DNA of 64,000 bases, taken from Atractiella rhizophila (Eukaryota). The stretch lies in the NCBI GenBank assembly GCA_021432655.1, contig MU271411.1, positions 1 through 64,000 on the forward strand, given 5' to 3'. Below, one piece after another: positions 25,312 through 38,270 of this stretch. A model generated the notes under the pieces. The model ran no database searches, was not told the DNA's origin, and was given only the letters and a program-made list of their open reading frames with translations. Every line of letters begins with the position of its first letter. Positions within the stretch are counted from its first letter, which is position 1. Made by a program: the position numbers and the translations under genes.

Positions 25312-26585
25312 CTTGGTTGTGAGAAGTGCCCTCTCCGGCAGGTGGCAGTCTGGAGTCTAGCAGTTGTAGGATTTGTTCTTTTGTGTTTTGGACGTTGGAC
25401 CTCAGTTGTGCTATCTCGTTCACATTTTATTTTGCTGGTGGAAACTTGTCATATGGTCTTGTTCAAGTAGTCTCAGCAACTCAGCCTCTCACGAGAAAAC
25501 GTCCAATGGTCTTGCCAACCAGCAACTCTTTGACTTCCTAATTTTGATTTTTCTCGCAGAGAGTCTGAGAACAGGTTTTAGGTTTCAGAGTGTCTCAATG
25601 CCTGATTTCTGAATAACTTTGCATTACAATCCTTCTCTCCCTCATTTACCTTTTCCTTCCGGCTTGAAAATTTTGTACTTATAAATTTGAATTGTGGTCA
25701 CCCAAGAGTTTCGTGGTAAAATAATGTGTGGGAATGATGCCGTCCCAAAGCTGCTGCTCACGCCCAAAATGTCGACAGGTGTGAGTCACTGATGGTGAAA
25801 ACCTGTGTGAAACTTTTCGGCATGATCGATCCAGCGCTAGCAATCGCTAATCGCTGATGCCTCGCAGCGACGCACGGCTTGCTGATGGTAACTTCTATGC
25901 AGGGTAAGTGTTTTGCCTGAGTGCTTGTGGAAGAATACTCTCCCAATTTTTCAAAATTAATGCATAGCCAAAGTTTATAAAGTGACAAAAATGTCGGAAG
26001 GTTAGAGCGATATTGAGACTCGCTGCCTAATGGTGATTCATTATCGGTGGAAGAACATCTTCATCACTTGGAAAGAATGTTTGAAGGTCTGCACCTCTGG
26101 ACTGAAAACTCTTTGGAAAGCTTGAACAATAGGCTCAGTGACTCAGCTCTCTACTTCCTTTTTTGGATTGTTCTCGTAGAGAGGCTGAGGACAAGTTTAC
26201 AGTTTCGGGGGTATCTCATTGCATGCATTTTTCTCTTCACCTCTCACTCCTTTTACTCCAGGATTGCACATAGAGGCTTGATAAATTGGGACTGAGGTAT
26301 CCCAGGAGTTTCTAGAATAAATCAAGCAGCTTGCAATGTTGACAACTTCAGACAGTCAAATTCGTCAAAACTCACCCAAAACCCAGGACAAAACTTGTGC
26401 ACGACCATGTGATTGTGTCCGCACCAAAAAATTGTCGGCTCCTGCCAGCGCTGCCACCTCTCAAGCAGATTCTGTAACTGACACCTTGGCTGGCACCCAG
26501 GTATGTGTTGCTTGACCTTGCAAGATCAACCTGAGAGAATGCAGCATTGGCAAGGAACCAACAACCTTCTCCAGCAGGATGTGTA

Positions 26586-27075
26586 TGTCAGGCTTGCCCC
26601 TACGCATTACCGAAATGTACCATTCGGAGTCACGTGACCTACTTCAGTACATCGTAGGATCAAGTGCCTACACGTCGCCGCTTTGCGCACGATCGCGCTG
26701 ACCGCCGCCTTCTCCCATCTCACTCGAATCGCCGCTCAGCAAACCTTATACATTTCGCCGGTCTGCACCGTCGCCGTTATTGCCTTGTTATCTTTTCTCA
26801 CTTGTACTGCTCAGTATATCTTATTTCCGAGTATTCCCTTTATTGCTTTCCTGATCTGGCTATCTTACATGTTTCAAGAAACTTATGTTACAGTTTATGG
26901 CAGTGCCTTGGCATATGTATATATACATTGAGATGTAGTGGTGGTGACCTCAGAGTATTCTCTTAGGTTTACCTCCACTACAGGTTAGTCCTCTCATGCT
27001 ATACGATTCACTTAGGTTTACCTCCACTACAGACGCATCGCCTATCGGCGACCGCACATAGTGTCAGCCCTAACA
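26586..27075 (+). mobile_element. Solo LTR, subfamily A (490 bp)
   Basis: TGTCAGGCTTGCC...GTGTCAGCCCTAACA with exact TSD GTGTA. Confidence 0.93.
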
Positions 27076-27324
27076 GTGTACAGTGTGCCTCACTTAGCAA
27101 CCAAAGCAAGCTCCCTCATTCTGTGAATGAACTGATGCATAGTTGCAGGTTTCTACTCCACCTTCTATGTCCCTCTACCCAGTCCTGCCGTTCAAGCGAC
27201 CACCTTCACCTCTCCCTCATACTCTCCTCCATCGTCCCCTTCTCACCACTCCTCCCTCCCACTGTCTTCCCTTCCCACCACCCTGGAAGGCCTCGTCACG
27301 TCCTTTCTGCACGCTCGTACAACA

Positions 27325-30310
27325 GTGGCTGGCACTGGCTCACTTTTCGTCCCACGCCCCACCTGGCTCGCTCTTCCGTTGAATGTCACGCACCTCGTCT
27401 CCCTTCACCCACCTCCTGGCCGACGTGCTTGTCCACACACGCTCGTGCAGCTCTCCCTGCACCCTTTCTTGTCAGACCCAGCGGAGCCGTCAAAGTGGGA
27501 CCAAAGCCCAGTCAAGAAGAAGCCTAGAGTGCACAAGCCCAAACACGCCGTTAGTCGCCCGAGCCTTCGAGATGTTGCCGAGAACTTGCCCCCAGACCAC
27601 GACGTCTGTCCCTTCAAGTCATATCCGTGTGACATGTCCTACGTCAATCCCCTCGCTGGGGAGCTATTGCCATCCAGCAAGGCGGACAACAGAGAGTACC
27701 TCGTGAAAGATTTCGAGAAGGGGGTGAAGCTATCGCCAGAGGAGAAAATGGAATGGCTCAAAGAGAAGATGGGGGAGTAGAGGATTGCTCTGGGACGCTG
27801 CCTGGATCATGCAATGGAGCCAATGATGCATGGCAGAGAGGTCTGGTTGGGTGTAATGTTGGCTGAGGAGAGACAGGACAATAAGCTCTTCAGTGGGTGA
27901 TGAGGTGACTGGCCAAGAAGAAGAAGCTCGAGCAGCCAATGCGCGAATGGTGTTGGGATGCCGTGGAGGGTGTGGACTGGTGAAAAGAACGAAGGCAAGT
28001 ACACTGCTTGCTTGCTTGCAAAGGAGTCTGATCATGTTCAGATCATCGGACGGACTCCTCACCAACTACCAGCCGAAACTGCGCACCAACCCACGAACGA
28101 TTCAGCAGCCTGTCTTAGATTCCTTCAGCATCGACCATCTCGCTCGCATCAAGAACAACTGCACCCTGGCATTTTCATTGTCTGCTCACGGCGGTAGTCC
28201 ACACGAACAAGGCCGCTTCGCCAGTCGATGGGACAAAAGAATGAGCAAGGGAGAAGCGAGGAAGGGGACAGCTAGGAGACACAGGGAGCATGGACGAGCA
28301 AAAGCACAGGTGCTGTCTCATGTCTCTGCACCTTGCGAGCTGACGAGCCATCAGTCTGTGGTGTTTAGCATTATGTTTCTACTCTATTCATCAGCGCCAA
28401 TTTTGAACCTCGTCCCCCTTATCCTCAGCATCTATGCCTTCTCTCAACGGTTGCCGCGTCATGCCATCGAAGTCCTCTCTGCCATCGGGTTACTGTCAAG
28501 CTACAAAACTATACTATGATCCTTGAACACTCTGTCGGGAGACACAATTGTTCGAGTGAAGAGAGTTGTGCAAGACCCCAGTCAATTTAAAGTCGTCCGC
28601 TACGCCAAGTTCAACTGGATGAAGCGAGTATTTGATCAGACGTCAGCGACCCTCCTAGTGGCTCTGCTGCCCGATGGAGTTGATGCAAAAAGCTTTCGTT
28701 GTGAAGTTGAACGATGTCTCGGCTTTTGATTTCTTCCAGATGCGAGCACTTGAAGAACAGCTCCAAGACCTAGTCCCCACAAAACAAGACAATGATGTAT
28801 TGAGAGGAATTGCCAGACACCACCTTCTCGCAAGCTGCACGGAGTTCGTACCCTCACTCCAGCAGTACAACAAGCATATCCCAGACCTACCTATGGTCTT
28901 CCCTATCATACAGAACAGTATTACCTTCCAACAACAGATATAGAAGAAGCAACAGTTTCAGGAAACATGTCTGTGCTTGAACAGTGAGTGCATAAGGCAA
29001 ACATGTTGGATGTGATTGGTTGCACAGCTACCTTATCAAAGTTCTCTCGCTCACTTCGACATGATTTGACACAGCTTTGATCTTTGTTCTTGGGGATCGC
29101 ATAACCATGGCGCACATTCATATGGCCCAAGAGCGAAAAGTTACGGATCTGTCGAATGAGCATTTCGCCAAATTCCAGAGTTTATTGCCCATCCCAGGCT
29201 TGTTCCTCGTCGTGTTAGCAGCCATTTCCCTCATCATCAAAAATCATTGGGGGAACACTGAATCGCGCAACGATAACTCGTTCTGCTTATTGAAAGAGAA
29301 GCTCTGTCATAAACGGCTTGACCCCAAAAAACCAGATTACCACTGATTTTGTCACTTCTTTTGCGTTGTGTTCAGCAGCTTAGTACTCGAAGCATTCTGA
29401 GCTCAGTCTGTATGCGCTGACATTCAGGCAAAGGACATAACATGGGATTCTGCAACTGTTTGCGCGTATATCAACACAATTGTTGAGGATTTGATCATTG
29501 CTTCGCCAGCTTCCCTCAAGGACAACACCGTCTTGCCAGAGATCTGTTCATGCGGGATACCATGGCCCTCTTTCGCACCTTGCTTCTGTTCCACTCATTT
29601 CTTCACATCAACATCAACAATCCGGGTTACTGCTTGCTTATCATTGAATATTGGACTCCAATGTTTTACGCTTCTGGGCTCCACCAAACTTAAAACATCG
29701 ATGGCACAAAAATCTTGCCAACACTGCACTGCGTTGTTTGCTGGTCAACACTTCAGGCTCCCCTGATGAGCAATTGCTTCAGACATGGATCAAGAGCACT
29801 GCAATAACTACATCAAAAGGTTTTTTGCAGCCAAAGGCTCCAATGCTTTGGCATCATGGCTAAGAATGATTTCACCGAACATTGGTCCCTACGGCGCTTC
29901 AAATCTGCTATGCATTCACAAATCAATATCTCGAGCAAAGACAAACCACACACCGTCAAGGAACTCATATCTGACATCAACACTCTTCAGCTTCGATTCT
30001 GATCCTTCAATGCTTGCTCAGTTACTCCCGATCGATGCCAGAATGTTTCATCAATACCTGTCCTTGACTTTCTCACGGCTGGTCTTGTCAAGTTTGCACT
30101 TCCTTCTGGATTCTCAAGTTTTTTGCAGCACCACCTCAGAAGGTTCCCACTGCTCCCGACTTCTCAGAGTCATATTGAAGATTTACTGGAGGAGGAGCTC
30201 TCCTAGCTCAGTCAAGAAGAAGAGCTCGACATTGTATTTCAAGATCAAGACTGGATTGAGAGTGATTTGTTTACAGAAAATTTCACAGTGGCTGCCTTGG
30301 GAGAGTGAGT
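27325..30310 (+). pseudogene. Decayed DUF6589-like (Academ-type) transposase
   Basis: AIEVLSAIGLLSSYKTI, VRYAKFNW, FVLGDRIT...AQERK...LLPIPGLF...IIKNHWG, DLLQEQLNYW-like text near 29770. Many stops. Confidence 0.65.
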
Positions 30311-30459
30311 GATATACAGTTTCTTTAGAGCACATACAGTTAACATTATCATGCCTAATCGAATTTCACGATGCCCTCCCCTGGGTACTTGTCTCGTTTC
30401 TTGAAACTTCTGGGGCCATTTGTGACGGCTTGAGGTGTCAGAGTAACTGGGGTCATTGT

Positions 30460-32330
30460 TAATTGGCATGAACCGCCACCAAGATAGAATGCTGGCATAG
30501 ACATAATTTGAGAGGGGACGGCTTGCGATGGGTCCAGCTCTTGCCATCACTTCTCGAGGTTAGAATAGATCTCGCTTGCATACATGCTGAAAACAAGGCG
30601 TGCCTTGGCCTTGAACTCTTCCAGACTGTACAGACTGCAACATGAGTGGAGAGACTATCGATGGCATGGTTTGACAGCAGAATTTCTTCACTGTAAACCT
30701 TCACCATTTCTGCATCTCGCTCAAATGTATCTGAGCGCCACTTGCACAGGCGTGCAGAGATAGCTTGCTTAAATCGTTGGATCGAGGAGTAACCCTTGGC
30801 TGGAACGGATCGGTGTCAAAGACAATCTTGAAGGTCACTGATGACTCTACCAGGAAAGTGTGGCATCGATCACAGCACTTCACAGAAAATTTTGCAAGGT
30901 TGTCTTCTGGGGATGTGGTATATGTTGCAATCATCTTCCAACAACACCCAATGGAATTGATGAAGGTAATCATTGCAGGATCCTCTCGAAGGAGAGGGTC
31001 TTCGCCTTTCTTGCCCTTTTCTTTGACTAGTGGTTTCTTCTCAAGACCCTCCAATCGAAAGCCATCTTCTTGTACTTGCTTTGCTCCTCAGCTGACTCAA
31101 GGCAGAATCTTTCTCAACCAAGAGCAACACTTCTGATGCAAGAGCTGGATCCCTTCCTGCCCTTCTGAATCATTGAATCCAATCACAAAGTAACAGGCCA
31201 GTTGCATGAAACTGGATTACTCGGGCAATCGTGCGCTTGTCTGACCCCATCCCTAACGTGCTTGTTGCAATGATAACGTGTAATTCTCCCTTTTCAAAGA
31301 GCTCTATAACGCGATCTTTGTGCGTATCGCTCATCTCAGAATGCAGAGAGCCATAATCACACCCTTGAATCCAGCAGCCCAAAACTTCGGCCAGAGAGTG
31401 TGACCATATCTTCAGCAGTCTTAATCTTGTTGACGTATATTATCGTTGGGATTGGCTTGGGTAAAGGGGATGTAGGAACAATGAAACGGAGGTCAGTGAA
31501 GGAGGAGTAGCTCGACTCCATTAGCACTACTTTGAGTATGATGTTGGTTCGAATGGTCCCAAGATTGAGGAAGAAGTGGTCTGGTTTGATGTGGAGGCTC
31601 TCTTTGATCCTATGCACATAGTTGGGGGGGAGCATTGCCGGCATCGCTAACACAGGCACATGGAGCCCCAAAAAAATGCCATGCAATGTTCCCAGCTGCA
31701 TGTACTGGTTTCAAACATGCCCTTCGTCAATGCAAGGCAGCATGACATTGTCAAGCAGTGTCTGGCTCCCTAGCACCTCCTTGAACTTCTCAAAGAAGAC
31801 CATGTCTGGTGAGACCAATAGAAGGTGACATTCTCCAGCCTTGATCCCCTTCAGAGCTTCAATGGAGGCCTCTTTGGTACTTTTATTAATGTACGCAGTC
31901 TTCAGTCCAGCTTTCTGAAAACTGTGCCAAACTGGTTCGAGTATGGCTTGAGCACAGGATGATCACATACCTTTCTGCCTGCTCTTTCTGCAGTCTCTTT
32001 AGAGGGATATAACAATTACTATTCCCTTCTCTCCGCTACTCCTGTGCTTCAACATGAGCATCACGAACACCCAACTTTTGCCCATCCCGGTTCCAGCAAT
32101 CAGGATTGTGTCGTGGTTGTCTGCCCCGTCAATGCGTCGGCTGTCTGAGACTGAAAGTCTCGAACTTCGAGCGCCAGGGCGCTCATGAGGTTGTGCCACA
32201 AGGAAGACGGAAGGGGTTTGGAGACATGTTGTTGTTGTTGAGGGTGTTCGGGCACATGAGCGGTGGCTGGCCAATTCGGCTCAGGCTGCAAAGAAGAATG
32301 TTGCAAGAAGATATTCATTCTGAGCACCCT
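30460..32330 (-). pseudogene. Decayed RecQ-like SF2 helicase convergent with the transposase
   Basis: DTILIAGTGMGKS (motif I), CIDEGHV (motif II), TIIYVN, LHSEMS, IATSTLGMGSD..IARVIQF, IQ*FRRAGRDP, CCDRC. Confidence 0.8.
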
Positions 32331-32500
32331 TCAAACTAGAAACTCAAATCAGCATCCTCTTGATAGAGCAGGGTAAAGTGATGGGGAACTGTAATTCCAA
32401 AGAGTAGTAAGGCGCCCAATGGGCAGTTCGTACATTTTCTAATCATTCAATATACTTAACTTATATCTTCTACTTTGCTACCTTGTCAGAGCCTTGGTCT

Positions 32501-32600
32501 TGGAAGGGGGGATATTGTCAGGGTTCGCTTATGGAGCATGAGTCATGTTCTGGAATATGTGGCAAATGGTCTAGAAGGTTCCATCAGGCATGTGGCAAAT
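32501..32600 (+). mobile_element. Polypurine tract + truncated 3' LTR start (subfamily C)
   Basis: GGAAGGGGGGA-TAT immediately precedes TGTCAGGGTTC at 32516. This fixes LTR orientation as TGTCAGG...CCCTAACA. Confidence 0.7.
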
Positions 32601-32920
32601 AGAGCCAACATTGGAATATGCTTCCCCATGCAGTTGCTGCATTGTTGAGCCTTCATGCTCACCAAAGTATGGAGGATGCAAGAATTTCCCAGGCTGTAGT
32701 GACAACCAATTCAATATCCAACTCACCCAGATTGATATTTACCGCAGCATGCAAAAATGCTTCACCTGTACCAGGTCAAAAGTAGCCATATTTCGCCGTA
32801 TCTAGCTCCTTGTCGCTGACTCGCACTTTCCCATCACAAACCACAAAGAGGGGAGGTGGAGTTGGAGGGTTGAGTCAACAATGTTCATTATCAAACACCT
32901 GTCAAATCGTTCAGGGTTTG

Positions 32921-33410
32921 TGTTAGGGCAAACACTATGTGTGGTCGCCGACAGGTGATGCATCTGTAGTGGAGGTAAACCTAAGAGAATAGTATGGCAT
33001 GAGAAGACTAACCTATAGTGGAGGTAAACCTAAGAGAATACGCTGAGGTCACCACCACTACATCTCAATGTATATTTACATATGTAAAGGCACTGCCATA
33101 AACTGTAACATACGTTTCTTGAAACACGTAAGATAGCTAGATCAGGAAAGCAATAAAGGGAATACTTGGAAATAAGATATACTGGGTAGTACTAGTGAGA
33201 AAGGACGATAAGGCGAAAATGGAGACGGCGCAGACCGGCAAAATGTATAAAGTTTGCTGAGTGGTGATTTGTGTGAGAAAGGGGAAAGGGGCGAACAGCG
33301 CGGGCATGAGCAAAGCAGCGATGAGTAGACACGTGATCCCATGATGTGGTAAAGTGGGTCACGTGACTTCAGATGGTGCATTTTGGTATTGCATAGTGGC
33401 AAGCCTGACA
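32921..33410 (-). mobile_element. Solo LTR, subfamily A (490 bp)
   Basis: TGTTAGGGC...GGCAAGCCTGACA with TSD GTTTG/GTTGG (4/5 match). Confidence 0.9.
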
Positions 33411-34223
33411 GTTGGCCGATACCACTTCACTTTCAATGATAACACTTATCTTATTGTATTACTTGGGAATCAACCAGGACACAGTAGTGCTTATAAGTCA
33501 CGTAACACGTGACCCAAATACATCGATACCATCACTTCACATGGTGTACTCACCATATACTGATGAAGTGAAGCAGGTCCAGCTCACCTTCACTGATGAA
33601 GGGCGAACACTGAAATTGTTCACATTTGACCAGAAGAGCAGGATATTCTGTGCGGTGCGGCTTATCTGATATACTTTTTGTTTATGCTGGCAAAGGCAGC
33701 TGCGACATGTTTTCTCCATACCCTTCGCCATTTCTGTCTACGTTTAATAAATAGATCAATTACAAGGACTGAGATTGTATGTGAAATTTGAAAGGAATCA
33801 GATAATTGGATGCTTGACGTTGGTACGGTGGTACGTCTGCTTCTTGTTAGGGGAGTGCTAGGTCTTGCAGAGCATTTACAGATACTTGGAAGATTGCAGA
33901 AGAGTCCCTTGAGGAGTTTTCATCATATGAACATAGTATCAGGATGGCTGCAGACCAACAGCTAACCAACTGAACTAAAAGAGCTAATGATGGGTGTTTA
34001 CACCCATCTTGGTCTGTACTTAAGGTATATCAGGGGCTCGAACCCCGACACATAGGAATGGTACATATCGAGTCCTGTCATCTAATTCCTAACTGATATG
34101 GATTTTGTCTCAAGACCTCACATGTTGCAGCATTTGAGACACACATCTGCTTTACCTAATGTCTCAATTCAATCAATTCAACTGTTTCTTGTGCCTTACT
34201 TGGGTTCAAGAATGAGTGATCAC

Positions 34224-34641
34224 TGTCAGGTTGCATCTTACCCAAATCGGCGCCCGTTCGCCGGATTGCGTCTCCTATCGCCCATTTGCGTTCCCTGCGA
34301 ATCGGCGCCCGTTCGCCACTCTGTGTCTCCTGTCGCCCATTTGCACCTACATCACCACTTAGCCCAATTGTGCCTATCCTCCTCTTATTAACTCCGCGTA
34401 ATCCCACTGTCACTTCCCCTTTTAGTTCTCTTACATGTTTCATCTGATCTCCTCTACGCTCTGTGGCAGTGTTATTCCACTTGTATATATAGATCAGAGA
34501 GTAGTGGAGGTGACCTTAGAGTATTCTCTTAGGTTTACCTCTACTACAGGTTAGTCTTCTCATGTCATATCATGCTCTTAGGTTTATCTCCACTACAGAC
34601 CCATTGCCCATCGGCAACCGTACACAGTGTCAGCCCTAACA
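34224..34641 (+). mobile_element. Solo LTR, subfamily B (418 bp)
   Basis: TGTCAGGTTGCATC...GTGTCAGCCCTAACA with exact TSD ATCAC. Confidence 0.93.
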
Positions 34642-34927
34642 ATCACGTTACACCCAGGCCAACTTCGGTAGGAGGAGTACAGATCCTCGCCATCATTCCA
34701 CTTGCTTATTTCATCCATTCTTATGATAAGTAGTAATACTTGCGCTCAGTACCCTTCCATGCTTTCATAACCAATCAATAGCATTCTTCTGAAGCCAGCT
34801 TCCACGGACCAAACTCACATTGATCATGCCAATCTCTCTCGATCTGTAGAATATTTCTCTTCCTGTGCCCCATACTTCAAAGTGCAAGTCTGAAGGAAGC
34901 AGAGGTGATGGGTAAAGAACAAGGAAG

Positions 34928-37900
34928 GTGACATGAACTGTGAACGTCAGGCTTGAGAAATTATTAAGTCATGACTAATCATGAATAAGTCACCACTTCC
35001 AGCCATGAGTGGATGGGCATGGGCATAACTCATGTCAGCCAAGTTACAGCCATCCTGATTTCCACGAGCCTTGTCTTCGTGATCGACATTCACGGATTCG
35101 GCTTCGGCCCTTGCTCGACCGGCTGAGGTTTTTGAGATGGGCTTTTCCTATCAACCAGCGAGAAGAGGCTAAATGACTGCTCTAACTGCTCAGGAGGGCA
35201 CCGACGCTGGTCGCCAATCACAATCGACGAGGCTCTGACCAGCAAGCGGTCAAGCCTCTGGTAAGCTTTTTCTGCTGTATTTCCGAGTTTCTCATGCGAC
35301 AACAGAACCTGTCATTGCTCCAAAGCAAAAGCGACTCCATGCAACAACAGAACCTGTCATTGCTCCAAAGCAAAAGCGACTCCGTGTCAAGAAGGATAAG
35401 TCGCATTTGAATGAAGAGGCACGCTTGTAAGTACCTTGACTCTCCATTTGCTTCTCTGAACATAGATCAGGGGAGCTGATATCAAATCTTGGACATCCTC
35501 TGTCTATGCCCATTTCGATGCTCCGATGATTGTCAAGAAGGAAGAAGTGGAGGGAGGCAAAAAGAAGGAGGTTATGAACTATCGGTTTACTTGTAAGGAG
35601 TTTAAAGATCATGAAGTCGACCGGAAAAGGGATGGGTTTGCAAGTGGGGCTGCACTGACATTGCAACTTTTAGCAGGCATTAAGGCATGTGAGGCAAAGC
35701 ATGCGAAGTCCAGTGAGCATTCAACAACACTGAATGAATTTGGGTACGTCTTCAGGGACAAGAGTGATGGAAAGAAGGATTCTGGAGATGGAAAGAAGAG
35801 TGGCATTCTGTGCTTCCCTTACTCCCCTCAACGCTTCCGATTCTGGCTCACTCTTCTCTGTGCTCGACGCAAATGGCCATTCAATATTGGCAAGGATTAC
35901 AAACTCCGTGTCATCTTCAAGATGCTTTGACCTGATGTGCACCTTGTTAGTGCTGACCAAGTCTTGAAGGACCTCTGGAACATCTATACTCGAGCAGCCC
36001 AGATTATTAAGGATGTTTATTTGAAGGTAGAAGTTTCTCCTCATTTCACATCTCACTTTCCGATAGTTGTGGGACAGGACATTGATCAGTTTCATGTTTC
36101 TACTAACTCTTGGACCTCGAGGAACCCACATGGCTTGGCTTGCTGCACTGCTTCTTTATTGGTCGGAAACTGAGGTAAAAGAGATCATTTTAGGGTTTGT
36201 TCGGTACCGAGTTAGAACCCTGCTGTGTCCTGTATGCTGATCTTCTTCACAGGCTGAGTGATTCACACATGGGGAGATATTTGGCCGGAGAGATTGCGAA
36301 GGTGTTGGAGTGGTATGGTATTGACGGAAAGGTTAGTCTTGCTTGGCCTTTGCTGTGTCCATCGAATTGAATATGGAAATTAGCTGATGGGACTGGTGAT
36401 AGTGCATTAAACAACAACACAATGATTTCGGAACTCCAGCTCTTGCTCCCCTCCTTTAAGGGGCAAGAATATGAAATCTGGTGCCTCAATCATGTCCTCA
36501 ACCTGATTGCGAAGGTTAATTTCTAATCACATTTCTTACCTGACATCCTTTCATGCTCTGATCTCGCCCTTCATGAAGAGAAGAAAAGAAGGATGAAGGG
36601 TGAAGATACTGAGAGATTTGGAGATGACAGAGCTGTAAATATCAGCAAGGAAGAGGCTGCCATGATCGATAAGATAGTGGTAAGCCATGATGCAGCACAG
36701 GAAGCTATGGATGATGAGATTATTGAAGAGATATCTGATGAAGTGTTGAAGGAACTGGAACAGGAGGATCCATTGAGAGCTGATGATAGGAGACTGAACA
36801 TCAAGTTCAGTACGGAGGAGCACCAAGCTGTTCATGGATGTGTTCAAAGGTCTGTATAGCTTGATCATGTATTCTTTGCTGAAGACATTGCAGGTTCGGG
36901 AACTATCTCACAAGATCGTTAATGGAAGCTCGATGAGCACGGAATTTTAGCATCTTGTGGAGCGATTTTACAAGAACCTTACAAATGCACGACTTCCAAT
37001 CCGAGATGTTGTCACCTGGTGGGACAGTCTCTTCCTCTGCCTCGAATGAGCCCTCCTGTCCGACAAGCTTTCGTGGTCTTACAGAACTCAGCTCATTCAA
37101 ACTTAAGAAGTATGAAGTGATGGAACCCGAATGGAAATCCTAGGTGAATTGCGGGATGTTCTCAAGGTTTATCAATTGCTTCGATTTAATCTTTGCAAAT
37201 TTGATCCTGGACTGCAGCCTTTCTATCGAACCACAGTCAAGCTATCTACCAAGAAACGGGTGCTCCTTACCGATGTAATCCCTTATCTCGATAAGTTTGA
37301 CCATAACCTTCATGACATCAAGCTTAACCGAAATGTGAATCCATTTATTCGGTTAGGTGCTTGTCGTACGATTGTGATTCTTAATAAATATTATTCAAAA
37401 GCTTGTCAGGAGACAAGCATGTATAAGTTGGCAATGGGTTCATCTCTCTTGGTTATATGACTGGGCTGATGTGAACTTCTAGTACTCCACCCTTATCACA
37501 AACTTAAGTATTACGAACATGCAGGGTGGCTTACCTCCTGGATTCAAGATATTCGGACATTGCTACACGAGGAGTTCAAGATCTACCATCCTACTCCTTC
37601 CGCAGAGACCGTAGTTGCAACTGATCTGCCAGATGAGGAGGGCTCTGACGCGGAGGAACAGTTTCCATATCGAAAAGATTACCAGCAGATGGTTGAGACG
37701 GAATATGATAAGATCAGGCGGTACTTAGAAGATGACCTGGAGAAGACACGCAAGGACTTCGATGTACTGGCTTGGTGGAATAGGGAACAGCAAGGAAGCC
37801 GGTATCCTAATCTTCCGAAGCTAGCAATAGCTGTGCTCTCCTGCCCTGGTGTGTACCATTTCCTTACTCCTTGCCTTCTGGTGACCCTTCCTTAGTGACC

Positions 37901-38270
37901 AGTACCGATGCGGAACGTGCTTTCAGTGTGGGAGGACTTCAGACCACTGCCCTCCAGCACAATCTATCACAAGATTCATTCCGTGCTGCTATGGCTTTAG
38001 GCTCCTGGTATGATGCTGGATTGCTTTCTGGGACAGACAAAGAGCTTTTTGATTACTTTAAGACAAAGTAGACATATACACACGTACAAACTAATCAGAA
38101 CTACTCTTTCCCACCCTGCTTCGTGACTGAATCATGAAGTGTCATGAATATTCACCTGAGAATCATGACTTGCAATGTATGATCTGTGACATGACTGATG
38201 TTGAAATTTGGTTGAAAAAGTCATGACTAGCCATCATGAACTTATCATGAACTTGTCACGTGAGTCCCTA
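34928..38270 (+). mobile_element. hAT DNA transposon (decayed; left terminus not identified)
   Basis: Transposase inside, with clusters of TCATGA motifs at both ends. The right end ...GTCACGTGAGTCCCTA reads TAGGG on the minus strand, a hAT-like terminus. Confidence 0.75.
35526..38071 (+). pseudogene. hAT transposase, multi-exon, with lesions
   Basis: NSWTSRN, DSALNNNTM, CLNHVLNLIAK (CxxH), VILNKYYSK, and FDVLAWW...YPNLPKLAIAVLSCP/TSTDAERAFS.GG (hAT C-terminal dimerisation region). Confidence 0.88.

Noticed and set aside
14558..34443. Families of similar short ORFs (NRRPFAGLRLLSP, AQYILFPSIPF)
   Set aside because: They are translations of the repeated LTR sequences, not a gene family.
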